Shown here piece by piece: positions 27,101 through 37,028 of a stretch of 64,000 nucleotides of DNA. A model generated the notes under the pieces. The model ran no database searches. It saw only the letters and a program-made list of their open reading frames with translations, and had not been told where the DNA came from. Each line of letters begins with the position of its first letter. Position 1 is the stretch's first letter. Location: positions 1 to 64,000 of the forward strand of contig CAXTYC010000001.1 in the NCBI GenBank assembly GCA_964248365.1, written 5' to 3'. Origin of the DNA: an uncultured Chroococcidiopsis sp. (GTDB taxonomy: Bacteria > Cyanobacteriota > Cyanobacteriia > Cyanobacteriales > Chroococcidiopsidaceae). Position numbers and translations under genes: made by a program.

Positions 27101-29201
27101 CAACTACGCTCAACGCAGTGGTCGGGCAGGACGTAGCGGACAGGAAGCACTGGTAATTACCTATGCCTCAGCTGGTAGCGGACACGACCAGTATTTCTTT
27201 CAACGCCAGGAACAGATGGTAGCAGGGGCAGTAGCGCCACCGAAGTTGGAGTTGGGCAATGAAGATTTGATGAAATCTCACATTTACTCGCTCTGGCTAG
27301 CCCATACAGGTGTTTATCTAGGGGAATCGATGAATCAAATTCTTGATTTAGATTTAGAAGCATACCCCCTAAAAGATTCGGCGCGATCGCAACTTACTCT
27401 TACCCCTACTAGCGTTGAAACTTGTATTCGAGCCGCACAAACCATTCTTGCCGATACCTTCTGTCAAGCCGACCTCAACCGGACATCCTGGTATTCAACA
27501 GATTGGCTGCGCTACACGCTCGAAAATGCTTTACTTGGGTTTGACCGAGCCTGCGATCGCTGGCGCAAACTTTACAGCGATGCCGTATTCCAATTGCAAG
27601 CAGCTCGAAAAATTGTAGACCGTTCTGCCAAAGGTAGCGTTACCCAAGAGGAACGCAAGCTAGCCCAAACGCAAGAGCGAGAAGCCCAGAGGCAAATCGA
27701 CTTGCTGGTAGGGCAAGTCAGCCCGAATCAAAGTCAAACCGAGTTAGAGTTTTACCCTTACTGTTACTTTGCTGCCGAAGGCTTTCTACCAGGATATAAC
27801 TTTCCCCGTCTCCCAGTCCGCGCTTATATCCCTGCTGGCGACGCGGGTAGATTTGTCTCTCGTCCCCGCGTGGTGGCAATTCGCGAGTTTGCCCCTAGCA
27901 ATGTCGTTTACTACGAAGGGTCTAAATTTCAAATTGCCAAAATGCGAGTTTCCGTAGGTGGGATTGAGGGTAGATACCTCCGCGTCAGCGTTTGTCCTAG
28001 CTGCGGCTACTTCCATGAGGGGGATGATTCCCTGCGCGACACTTGTGAAAACTGTGGTGCGAGAATTGTAGCCGATCGCGATGGCAACCCCGCCAAACTC
28101 AACCGCGTGCTGGAAGTCGAGACAATGATCACTCGCAGACGAGAACGAATTACTTGTGACGAGGAAGAACGGCTCAAGTACGGTTACAACGTCACGACAC
28201 ATTTTCGCTACGCGCCCCAAAAGCAAGAGCTAGCAACAGTTATAGCAGCGGATGGAACGCACCTATTACGGTTAATCTATGGTGAAACGGCAAAAATTCG
28301 GCGGATTAATCGGGGTTTAAGGCGCGATCGCACTGAACGCGGATTTAAGCTCGATGCAGCAACAGGAGTCTGGGGCGATCGCTCGACGAACGACACACCC
28401 CAGGAGAATTTACAAACAGAAGTCAACTTGATGGTTGACGATACTTGTAATATTCTGCTTGTCGAACCAGTCAACATTCCAACTGGGAATTCTGAAGCAT
28501 TTCTCGCCACTGTTCAGTTTGCTCTTGAACGAGCTATTCAAGCAGTATATAAACTTGAAGCGGACGAACTAGCATCCGTTCGCTTGGGTCAAGGGCAACA
28601 CTTACTATTTTGGGAAGCCGCCCAAGGAGGAGCAGGCGTTCTTTCCCAAATCCTTGAAGATCCTCAAGCCTTCAGACAGCTTGCTAATGCTGCGTTAGAT
28701 ATTTGCCACTTCCAACAAGAGAAGCAAAGCTGTACCAAAGTTTGCTACCAATGCCTATTATCCTACCGCAATCAGTTCGATCATCCACTATTGGATCGCC
28801 ACCTAATTCGCCCTTGGTTGAATCGACTAGGTAGCAGTACCATAACCCGTCAAGCTGCAAGTGGTTCCCGCGAAGCTCAATACCAGCAATTGTTCCAGCA
28901 GACAGATCCCAACTCTAATTTTGAGCGAATTGTTTTAGCAGAGATCGATCGCCGAGGGTTAAAACTACCGGATGCTGCCCAAGAGTTAATTCCTGAAGCT
29001 AACTGCAAACCAGACTTTATCTACAGGAATGCCAAAATTGCTGTCTTCTGCGATGGTTCGATTCACGATCGCCCAGAACAACAACAGCAAGACAAAGTTG
29101 AGCGCGATAATCTCAGATATGCGGCTGGGTATTATGTTTTAACTCTGCGACATGATGGGGATTGGCAACGGCAGCTAGAAGTTTTGGTTTCTTTGTTGTA
29201 A
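24150..29201 (+). CDS. Large DEAD/DEAH helicase with DUF1998 and C-terminal Vsr/DUF559-like nuclease
   Basis: TGTGSGKS, LDELHTYRGRQGAD, TSAT, SFTDNRQDAS, TMELGIDI, QRSGRAGR; DUF1998 WEAAQGGAG..CTKVCYQCLLSYRNQ; tail PDFIY..IAVFCDGSIHD. Confidence 0.9.
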   Translation: MSDAPSLTTTLDIFNLRDEVIADYRRYIESFLKIRDPRVEAFVDRELERGELWRDPLVQLNPSYKGGATVTELVQQGVLYPDCQQYFSRNGKPYIFHYHQEQAFLAAQRQESYVLTTGTGSGKSMTYVVPIFDDLLRHREIKGVRAILVYPMNALINSQKEEFDKFLSQVPNSHIRVEKYTGQESLKQKTEIQNNPPQILLTNYVMLELMLSRTHEDQLVASPDLKFLVLDELHTYRGRQGADVAILIRKLRQRCGKNLLYIGTSATMSTEGTRDNRRQTVAGVASKLFGVAVKPENVIDETLERSIQLPAPSPEELQRSITVSLPPESERSLTGFKSHPLSAWIEMNFGLAQEQGHLIRRTPISLAAGAEQLSEQTQIPVDTCRETLKQMFLWGSKTKGLAFRLHQFISQGGSVYATIESRDNRFLTLEGQYATTNDRLLYPLVFCRECGQDYYVVRYDKDNYTVSPQLAIALDSNDDDVDEGYLTLDEPGLWNTGDEDRLPDSWFNDTKRQGRVAKKEYVPHIPQKLQVLPNGKVTNSLLEGKACWFVPKPFLFCPNCGVVHDKKKNEFTKLSRLSSEGRSTATTLLCLSTVNRLKSSSAVKPEAAKILSFTDNRQDASLQAGHFNDFVQTSFLRAVLNKALQANQRLTHSILASEVVKHMGLSQTDYAIGPAEFGPGKKRNERIFQDLIEYRLYEDLRRGWRIVQPNLEQCGLLAIEYDGLEEICEDTQIWQQSLHPLLLQATPAQRLFVAKALLDQLRKELAIDAALLQSDRLEQLKREVTQAIKDPWAFDINERLHEATWTSSASSNSDRVKVKLTSRSKIGRFLRSPATWSGLQQPLAESEYSQLIGALIEILGASGYLKIEGQFVQLRIDCMIWQAQTADTIPADPLTSKRLQGSEEVQIEVNRFFQNFYQDNAQQLHSLEGREHTGQVSNEARQAREDRFRQGQLSSLFCSPTMELGIDISDLNAVHLRNVPPTPANYAQRSGRAGRSGQEALVITYASAGSGHDQYFFQRQEQMVAGAVAPPKLELGNEDLMKSHIYSLWLAHTGVYLGESMNQILDLDLEAYPLKDSARSQLTLTPTSVETCIRAAQTILADTFCQADLNRTSWYSTDWLRYTLENALLGFDRACDRWRKLYSDAVFQLQAARKIVDRSAKGSVTQEERKLAQTQEREAQRQIDLLVGQVSPNQSQTELEFYPYCYFAAEGFLPGYNFPRLPVRAYIPAGDAGRFVSRPRVVAIREFAPSNVVYYEGSKFQIAKMRVSVGGIEGRYLRVSVCPSCGYFHEGDDSLRDTCENCGARIVADRDGNPAKLNRVLEVETMITRRRERITCDEEERLKYGYNVTTHFRYAPQKQELATVIAADGTHLLRLIYGETAKIRRINRGLRRDRTERGFKLDAATGVWGDRSTNDTPQENLQTEVNLMVDDTCNILLVEPVNIPTGNSEAFLATVQFALERAIQAVYKLEADELASVRLGQGQHLLFWEAAQGGAGVLSQILEDPQAFRQLANAALDICHFQQEKQSCTKVCYQCLLSYRNQFDHPLLDRHLIRPWLNRLGSSTITRQAASGSREAQYQQLFQQTDPNSNFERIVLAEIDRRGLKLPDAAQELIPEANCKPDFIYRNAKIAVFCDGSIHDRPEQQQQDKVERDNLRYAAGYYVLTLRHDGDWQRQLEVLVSLL

Positions 29202-29268
29202 AAACTCAGCTAAAACTTTAAATGTAGATTGGCATCTTCCAAAGCAGATTTCAGGAAACAGAAATTTT

Positions 29269-31306
29269 ATGCCCCTACCTGGTGGAGAGACTGACAAAAT
29301 TGGCAACCGCTACCAAGGTCGCTGGACTGTATTTTGCATGATAGACGTATGGAAGAGAAAGCAGATTCTATACGTCTTGAAGAACCAGGAGAGGATGCTT
29401 TCGAGTTTTTTGTTCGTCGCGATGGGAGGTTGGAGTACCACCAAGTTAAGCGGCAAAAAGGTGGGCGCGGGCGCTGGACACTAAATGCTTTGCAGGATAA
29501 GCAAGTCCAAGTTCTATCAGATACCTCTGTGATGTGCCAGCAAGACTGAAGACAGGCTATTCAATTTGTGCTGGTAACGCCAACGCTGGTACTTTTTGGG
29601 CTACCAGGCAACTGTTAGAGGCAGCTACTCCCTATTGTTCTAACGATCGCCTAGAGCTACTAGAAAAGACAATTCTAAACTACTATCCCGCATGGGAGAA
29701 AAATTATCAATTCCGTTATTCTTATGGCTATGCTCAACTTGTCTTACTGGATGTGATCGTTCCTTCTCGCCACACAAAAGCAATTACTCGTCGGTTGCAA
29801 GAATTAAAACGCAAATTTACAAGCCTTCAATGCCTGGAAGCGCCAGGAAGAATTGAGCCACCAGAAGCTATAGAGGCTCGATTTATTGGTTCTCCAATTC
29901 CTGAAGCCGCAGCAGACAAAATGACTGATGAGCAATGGTTAAGTGCGATTGCTCGTTATGATTACAATGATGCAGGGTCTCGATTTGAGCGCAAAGGGGA
30001 GCTTATAGGTGGAGCGTCGCAACTCTCCCATCTTTTAGAAAGCCAGGTTAAAAAAGATCCAGATCGCTTCGCTTCATTGGTTTGGCAATTTCCAGATAAT
30101 GCTAACCCATGCTATTTCAATGCAATTCTACGCGGTATTGCTGAAGTCGGCACAGATATGCAAACTGCATTCAGTCTATGCCAACGCTGCCACCAACTTC
30201 CACAACGCCCTTGCGGTCGCTCCATTGCATGGTTGTTTCAGAAACTAGCTGACCTTCCTTGGACAGTATCAGCTTTGAATATTTTGCTTTGCTACGCCCT
30301 CTATGACTCCAATCCAGAGCAGGAGTTGTGGCAAGCTCAAACTCCCAATGGAAATGTTTACTATGGTGGCGATGTTCTTACGGCTGGAATTAACTCTACA
30401 CGAGGCAGTGCAGTCAGCGCGATCGCTAGGCTGATTTTTGCTGATAAAAATCGCGCTGCTTATTTTCAACTGCCTTTGCAGCAGATCGTTCGAGATCGTT
30501 CTATTGCTGTTAGGTCTTGTGCCGCTGAATCACTGACAGCAATGTTGTTGAACTACGACAGGGAATTAGCTGTAAACCTTTTCTTAGAACTTTGTGAAAC
30601 AGAGGATGCGCTGCTAGGAACCGATACTGTTGAACATTTTCTGTACTACGCACTACCAACCCATTTTCAAACACTAGCACCCATTCTTGAGCGTGCGATC
30701 GCTTCCGATCTACCAGATGTAGTAAAGGTTGGTGCTAGGCAAGCTTGCTTGTCATCCTTATCGAGAGAAGAGGCGCGATCGCTGGCACAACGTTGTCTTG
30801 CTGGCACTCAATCGCATCGAATTGCTGCGGCTGAAGTATACGTTGCTAATCTTCAATCAGCATACTTACGTCAATTTTGCGAGAGCGGATTAATTCAACT
30901 TTTCAACGATCCTGATGAGAAAGTTCGAGATCGAGCAGCTAAATGTTTTTTCCGATTTGAGGGGGAGCAACTAGGTGAATATATTGGCTTGGTCGAAGCA
31001 TTTGTTGCCAGCCCTGCATTTGAAACTGACTGCTATGATTTAATCTATGCCCTGGAAAAGACAACGGCTAAATTACCAGAGGTGACTTGTCTTGTCTGTG
31101 AAAAATTTATTGACTCTTATGGTTCGGTAGCTGATATTCGCACTAGAAGTGCAGCCAAGGCAGATGAAGTTAGCGAATTATTAATTAGAATATACAGTCA
31201 AAGCCAGGTACGAGCATTGCGATCGCGCTGCCTTGATTTAGTCGATCGCTTGACTCAAATAGGAGCCTATGGGTTGGATAGAGCCTTACAGCAGTTTGAA
31301 AGATAA
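29269..31306 (+). pseudogene. Remnant of a STAND/Avs-like defence protein: N-terminal nuclease fragment fused out of frame to a C-terminal helical-repeat domain
   Basis: MPLPGGETDKIGNRY.. and (after a frameshift near 29349) ..AFEFFV..EYHQVKRQ nuclease motifs, then HEAT-like ORF 29534-31306; no P-loop between them. Confidence 0.6.
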
Positions 31307-31363
31307 TTGAGCGCCTGAAGAATCCAACAAGTGATTTCAATATAGACTAAAAGCTTAAAATTG

Positions 31364-32473
31364 CTAAAACTCAGGCACGGACAACTCCCGTTTTATGCCT
31401 GCATAGTGACGATAGATGATTTCAGGTGAGTTGCCCACTAATCGCGCTACATCCTTTGCATCTAGACCATTTTCTACAGCTAGAGTGATAAATGTATGGC
31501 GGATGTTGTACTGAGGCAGATACTTTTCAACCTTGCCTGCCTTTACCAAACCTTCTACTACAGGCTTCCAGACCCGATTCAAGAAGTTATGAGAGTCAAT
31601 GACCTGTCCGCGTGAACCTGGAAAAACTAAATCATTAGGTAATGGGCTTTCGGGTTTAATGCTCCTAAGAAATTCTTGAAGCTTAGGGTTGCAGGGGAAA
31701 GTTCTTGTCTTTCCAGTTTTGGTTTGTCCGCGAATACCCGTATCGCTGGGTATGGCTTCTTTAAATTGAATCCTCGAACAATCTGCTGAAATATGCTTCC
31801 ATTGGAGTGCGATCGCTTCTTCAGGACGACAACCAGTGATGAAAAGAAACTTTACATAGGGGGCGTAGTAAGAGTGGGATATGGGAGCAAATTTTGAACA
31901 TAAGCTATTATTCTCAAATGCTGCGACGATTGCATCCCTTTCTTCCCGACTAAATGGTTCTCTACTCGTATTCCTTATTGTTTTCTTAATATCGGTAGCC
32001 ATACCGTTGAAAGGATTCTCTGAGGCTAAACCTGATTTGACTGCCCAGTTGCAACAGGCATTTATTTGGATTAGAGTGCGACGTGCCACTTCACTGCTGT
32101 ATTTGCCAAGTAGCCAGTCTCTAACTCCTACAGCATCCTCAACGTTTTTAGGGAGAGCTTGTAGCCGCTTGGCAATCTTGCCGTAATCCCTTACTAGCGT
32201 GCTAGCAGCAACTTGAGAAGACTTATACTGCGTATACTTTTCCCACAGCTCGGCAAAAGCAATTTTTGGGGTAACAATTGGGGTAATTGGGGTAACGGTG
32301 CTAAGTACTGACTGGGGCTTGTATTTGGCTAGGGTATGGTCAAACCGCTCATTAGTAATATCAGACTCAATGAGCTTAGCCTTAGCCTCTGCTGCTTTTC
32401 GATTTAATTTATTGTCCGATAGCCCAAGCGAGAGATAGTGCCGCTTGCCAGCGTGAGTGAATGCTAGCTGCAA
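31364..32473 (-). CDS. Tyrosine integrase with N-terminal arm-binding domain (true start probably upstream)
   Basis: TGCRPEEAIAL, KTGK, YNIRHTFIT, VGNSPEIIYRHY; the frame stays open upstream through KAVKGSVQIKVSNGRLQL. Confidence 0.93.
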   Translation of the reverse strand: MQLAFTHAGKRHYLSLGLSDNKLNRKAAEAKAKLIESDITNERFDHTLAKYKPQSVLSTVTPITPIVTPKIAFAELWEKYTQYKSSQVAASTLVRDYGKIAKRLQALPKNVEDAVGVRDWLLGKYSSEVARRTLIQINACCNWAVKSGLASENPFNGMATDIKKTIRNTSREPFSREERDAIVAAFENNSLCSKFAPISHSYYAPYVKFLFITGCRPEEAIALQWKHISADCSRIQFKEAIPSDTGIRGQTKTGKTRTFPCNPKLQEFLRSIKPESPLPNDLVFPGSRGQVIDSHNFLNRVWKPVVEGLVKAGKVEKYLPQYNIRHTFITLAVENGLDAKDVARLVGNSPEIIYRHYAGIKRELSVPEF

Positions 32474-32593
32474 CCGACCATTGGATACTTTAATCTGTAC
32501 TGAACCCTTAACAGCTTTATGCTGCCTGCTTTCTAATGGAATTAGGTTAAGCTGGATAATCTTTTGGGGTAAGCGCCTATAGTCTAACCTAGC

Positions 32594-32618
32594 TTTACCC
32601 CAATCTTACCCCAATAAT
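32594..32618 (+). repeat. Putative integrase arm-type sites, right end
   Basis: Identical to 336-360; further TACCCCAA at ~32640 and an inverted copy at ~32564. Confidence 0.75.
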
Positions 32619-32698
32619 TGCTCGAAACTACTCTAAAAATACCCCAACTTTTCTGCCTAAAAACGGCGTAGAAAGGCTTACAAGTCTTGAAATTCCGA

Positions 32699-32772
32699 TG
32701 GCTCAAGGCAGATTTGAACTGCCGACCTTGGGCTTATGAGTCCCCTGCTCTGACCAACTGAGCTACTGAGCC
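32699..32772 (-). tRNA. tRNA with CAT anticodon (most likely elongator tRNA-Met)
   Basis: GGCTCAGTAGCTCAGTTGGTCAGAGCAGGGGACTCATAAGCCCAAGGTCGGCAGTTCAAATCTGCCTTGAGCCA folds as a cloverleaf; CCA not encoded. Confidence 0.93.
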
Positions 32773-33012
32773 GTGTTTTTGCAGCATTATAATAATAACA
32801 TATATTTGGGGCGATCGCGCCCCCTGTCGAAAAATTTTGACAGTAAAGATGAAATATTGCTGATTGCTAGTTTAAAACCAAAGGAAAAATCAAAACTGCT
32901 TTATGCTGCTGATAGCAAAAGCTACAAAACAGATGTAGCACTTTAGCAAATTGAGTCATATACTGTTGCTGCTGATGTTCATCCGCAGGCAGAAAGGATT
33001 GGATTAGTACAG

Positions 33013-34089
33013 ATGTTCTACCACTTTCTCCAGTCCATTGGTATTGCTAGCCCCTACAGTTGGGGGTGGTTGTCAGTCATATTTACCTTTGTCTTAGCAT
33101 GGGTAGTAACGTGGCGCTTAATGCCAGCAGTGCGATCGTATGCCTTAAAGGTAGGTTGGGCTGACCAACCCAACGAGCGGCGGCTCAACCGTGAACCCTT
33201 ACCTAACGCGGGAGGCTTGGTAATCTACACGGGAGTGCTAGCCGCTTTGGTACTAGCAACTCTGTTGCGACCGATTGTAATTGAAGCTGTATTGGCTGAG
33301 ATACTGACGATTTTGCTCGGAGGCTCCATTCTGGTTCTTGTGGGTTTTATCGACGACCAATTCGGCTTACCGCCTTGGGTTCGCTTGTTAATCCAGATTC
33401 TGACTGCGCTTTTACTCATTGCTAACGGCATTCGCATCGAAGTTCACCTAATTCCTCCCATCGACCCGATGCTGTCAATGTTTCTGACTTTATTTTGGGT
33501 AGTAGGAATTACCAATGCTATCAACCTGATGGATGGAATAGATGGGTTGGTAGGAGGAGTCAGCTTTATTGCTGCTATGAGCCTGTTAGCGGTTTCGGCT
33601 CAGTTTGCCACACGAGCAGCAGCAACCTTACTCCTAGCAGCGCTGGGAGGTTCTGCACTGGGCTTTTTGCGGCACAACTTCCACCCCTCGCGGATCATTA
33701 TGGGGGATGCCGGAGCTTACTTTTTTGGCTATGTACTTGCCGCCACAGCCATTTTGGGCAATTTGAAAGTCAAAACCTTGTTTGTGTTAGTTCCTACCGT
33801 CCTGTTTTTACTCTTACCAGTGCTGGATACTACACAAGTGTTTGTGCTGCGGCTAATGGCAGGTAAAAACCCTCTGAGTAACCCAGGTAAGGATCACCTA
33901 CACCATCGCTTATTAGCTAGAGGACTATCTCAACGCAGCACAGCAGTGTTACTTTGGGCAATTACCTTGCTTACTAATGGTTTAGCAATGAAACTGCAAG
34001 GTATGAATTTACTGTCAACATTAGTCACGATTGGCAGCATTATCATACTTTTAAGCTTTACCGTCTGGCAAAGAATACGAGCAAACTAG
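33013..34089 (+). CDS. MraY/WecA-family undecaprenyl-phosphate sugar-phosphotransferase
   Basis: Polytopic membrane protein; GFIDD, NAINLMDGIDGL, IMGDAG, HLHHRL. Confidence 0.92.
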   Translation: MFYHFLQSIGIASPYSWGWLSVIFTFVLAWVVTWRLMPAVRSYALKVGWADQPNERRLNREPLPNAGGLVIYTGVLAALVLATLLRPIVIEAVLAEILTILLGGSILVLVGFIDDQFGLPPWVRLLIQILTALLLIANGIRIEVHLIPPIDPMLSMFLTLFWVVGITNAINLMDGIDGLVGGVSFIAAMSLLAVSAQFATRAAATLLLAALGGSALGFLRHNFHPSRIIMGDAGAYFFGYVLAATAILGNLKVKTLFVLVPTVLFLLLPVLDTTQVFVLRLMAGKNPLSNPGKDHLHHRLLARGLSQRSTAVLLWAITLLTNGLAMKLQGMNLLSTLVTIGSIIILLSFTVWQRIRAN

Positions 34090-34210
34090 GGGCTGGGGGT
34101 TAGAAGAGAGCAAAAGGGAGCAAAAGGGAGCAAAAGGGGCTGAGGGGGCAAGAGGCTTTTCTCCCCCTGCTCCCCAGCTTCCTTTTGCTCCCCCATCTCT
34201 CTCCTAGCCA

Positions 34211-36334
34211 CTAGCGTGGTAGATAAGCGATCGGATTGACTGCTTTCTTGCCCATTGGATGCACTTCAAAGTGAAGATGGGGACCGGTGCTGAAACCTGT
34301 GCTACCCATTTCAGAAATTTGCTGCCCTTGCTGAACCGCTTCACCTGTATGTACTAGTAGCCGCTTATTGTGGGCATAACGAGTCAGAGTGCCATCAGGG
34401 TGCTGGATATCTATCATGTTGCCATAGCCACCATTATTCCAACCTGCTTTAACCACAACCCCAGGAGCGGCTGCCATAACCGGAGTACCAATGGGAGCAG
34501 CAATATCAACTCCTTTGTGCATACGTCCCCAGCGCCAACCATAACCGGAAGTTAACTTACCTCTGGCAGGCCAAATCAGACCCTGGGCGGAAATTGAGGT
34601 AGGCTTGGGCAAATAATTATCTACTCCTCCCAATGGCGGCAGTGCAGGAGAAACATTTTGTTCCTGAAAAGACCGCAGTGATGCAGCATCTGTACCTAAA
34701 GGTGCTGTTGCTACTCCATTCTTAATTACTGTTTGAGTAGATCTAACTCGAATGTCTTGCTGCTTTTGCCCATCCAATTGTAAAGACTTAGCCGCTTGAT
34801 TGGCGCTAAATTCAGGATTAATTGGTTGACTTGTTGGTGTTTGCGAACGTATTTTGAGCAGAAGCTTTTCTTCAGTTCTTGCTGCTGTTATAGGCGTAGT
34901 ATTAGTTCCATCCCTACTTGGCAAGGCTTGAGTAATGAGTACGCCTTGATGGTACTTCTGCCGTAATTTCTGGATATCAGTTTCCAAGTTTTGGACAGGC
35001 TGATTAGATAGCAGTGCTTGTGCTGCTGCTGACTGCGCTTGTTGAATTTGTTCAACATTCGCAGGTGGAGTTGCTTCGACTGAGTCGTCATCTGAAATAT
35101 CGCCGCCCATTGCCCGATAGGATACATTTACAGATGGAGCGACAGCTATAGATTCTTGCTGTTTGGGATTTTTAAGCCAACCTATATTTTGACCGACAGT
35201 GTTGCCCGTCGAGGCAGGAATTGTAATTTGTTGTCTATTTGGATTGTCTAAATGATTGGCTTTGAGCGATGCGGCGAGTGGTAGCCCGTGCAATAGAGCG
35301 GCTTTTAATGCTCCCCTTCGATATTCCGACACCACAGGGGAAACTACCACATTTGCCCCGTTGTTAGCAGGTGTTATTGCTGGTATGACAAATACAGTTG
35401 CTGGCTGTGGTGATTGCTGTGAATTAATTTGTTCACTTGTTTCTGGAGTTCCCCCAGGTAGTAAACCCAAACTAGCTACTGTTTTTGACTGTGTTTCCTC
35501 CTTTTGATGGTTAGAAATAGGTTCCGTCTTCTCTATGACGGCTACAGATGATTTCGACTCCTCAAACCTCCACTTTGCCAGACTATCTTGTAAGCGATTC
35601 TCTTTTTGCTTTAAACGGCTGATCAGCAACTTTTGCTTCGCACTCCAAGTACTCTTATCTTCCCTAATAGCTGGTAATGATTTCTCGGTTCCTATCTGGG
35701 AGGATGCTACGACTGCGGATGATGCAATATATCGGCGATTAACTGCCTCAAACCGTGAGTTAGTAGCAACAGTCTGACTATGCTTTAGCTGACGAATTAG
35801 TCTATTGACTCGCAGAACTTGTAGCAACTTTTTATTTTGCGGCTCAGTTTGGCGAGGTAGGTTTTGCTCTAAGACAGCAACAGTGCTGGACAAAGATTTC
35901 TGTGGCTGAGGAAGAGTTAACTTAGAGCGGGTAGCTACTCGAAGGAGTTGAGCTTGTTGATTAGGCTTTTGCCTTGTTTGCTCTGTGTGTTCAATTGCAG
36001 GCAGTGCTGTTTCCACTGTTTCTTGCTGTTGAGTCGGTGGAGTGGGGGTTAAATTAGTAGAGAAGGCAGCTACACTAACTTGCTTGTCCGTTTTTGGTTC
36101 CACTAGGTTTATATTACTACCTGCAAGTCCCGCTTCAGTTTTAGCTGAAACGTTGCCTATTGGTTCTTGAACTGGCGGTTGATTTGCCGGAGCGCTATCA
36201 CCAAGTCTGGTCAGTATCAGATGGGACGCTCCTGTCGAGATAATCAAGCCAATCATCGCGGCTGTCCGAGCTTGCCGCTTGACTTTACAGGCGGGATTTG
36301 CCTTAACCTTTTTCGCCCATTTTCGTTTCAACAA
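34211..36334 (-). CDS. M23 family peptidase (NlpD-like)
   Basis: C-terminal HKGVDIA, YAHN, STGPHLHFE; long low-complexity N-terminus. Confidence 0.9.
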   Translation of the reverse strand: MLKRKWAKKVKANPACKVKRQARTAAMIGLIISTGASHLILTRLGDSAPANQPPVQEPIGNVSAKTEAGLAGSNINLVEPKTDKQVSVAAFSTNLTPTPPTQQQETVETALPAIEHTEQTRQKPNQQAQLLRVATRSKLTLPQPQKSLSSTVAVLEQNLPRQTEPQNKKLLQVLRVNRLIRQLKHSQTVATNSRFEAVNRRYIASSAVVASSQIGTEKSLPAIREDKSTWSAKQKLLISRLKQKENRLQDSLAKWRFEESKSSVAVIEKTEPISNHQKEETQSKTVASLGLLPGGTPETSEQINSQQSPQPATVFVIPAITPANNGANVVVSPVVSEYRRGALKAALLHGLPLAASLKANHLDNPNRQQITIPASTGNTVGQNIGWLKNPKQQESIAVAPSVNVSYRAMGGDISDDDSVEATPPANVEQIQQAQSAAAQALLSNQPVQNLETDIQKLRQKYHQGVLITQALPSRDGTNTTPITAARTEEKLLLKIRSQTPTSQPINPEFSANQAAKSLQLDGQKQQDIRVRSTQTVIKNGVATAPLGTDAASLRSFQEQNVSPALPPLGGVDNYLPKPTSISAQGLIWPARGKLTSGYGWRWGRMHKGVDIAAPIGTPVMAAAPGVVVKAGWNNGGYGNMIDIQHPDGTLTRYAHNKRLLVHTGEAVQQGQQISEMGSTGFSTGPHLHFEVHPMGKKAVNPIAYLPR

Positions 36335-37028
36335 TGACCTCCTATAGGGATTAGCACTTAACTGGCATTAAATCAATCGCTTTATTATTGCTGATCGAGT
36401 GTATTACCAGTTGATAATTTAAAGCACATTAAAACTGAATTAGCATCATACCTGGTATTGATGCTGAGGCAAGCTTACTAGGCATTGTTGATTTAGACAA
36501 GCTTACAAGCAATTAGTAAAAAAAATTAACGTTGGAGACAAAAGGCAAATACTACATGATTGTAGTTAGTGGAATCAGTAATGCATCAAAAGCTTGGTTT
36601 TTGGTGCGTTGCGGCATCCATGAGCTTACTACACATTTGTAAAAGGAATGACGATTAGCTTAGTACCCAGCTAGAGACAAAGGTACAAGGGTAGGGAAGG
36701 TTCGCTACTCCCCTCGGTGCAAGATGTGAACCTACTCGCTGCTATACGCACTTGAATAGGATCTCGATCGCCCCTAACCCCCCTTAAAAAGGGGGGAACA
36801 CAGTAGCCCCTTTTTTAACTCTCTTGGGGACTGGCTGCCTTGATCCTGTTAAGTTTGCCTCTTGTTCCTAAGCAGCAGCCTTTGGAACGAGGGTTAAATC
36901 ATTAGTGGTATCTATCAAGGAAAAAGTGAAAGATAAAAGGGGTGAGGGGCGAGGAAAAAAATTATCAATTATCAATTGTTCATTATTTATTGATAATTGT
37001 TTCCCCTTTCCCCTTTCCCCTTTCCCCT

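Larger units (their letters stand above)
243..32744. mobile_element. Integrative mobilizable element (genomic island) inserted in tRNA-Met(CAT), with defence cargo
   Basis: 47-bp perfect direct repeat (tRNA 3' half) at 243-289 and 32698-32744; tyrosine integrase next to the intact tRNA; MOBF relaxase and T4CP inside; no VirB-like genes seen. Confidence 0.93.

Noticed and set aside
243..32744. Island as a prophage or self-transmissible ICE
   Set aside because: No capsid, terminase, tail or VirB4-type mating-pair genes
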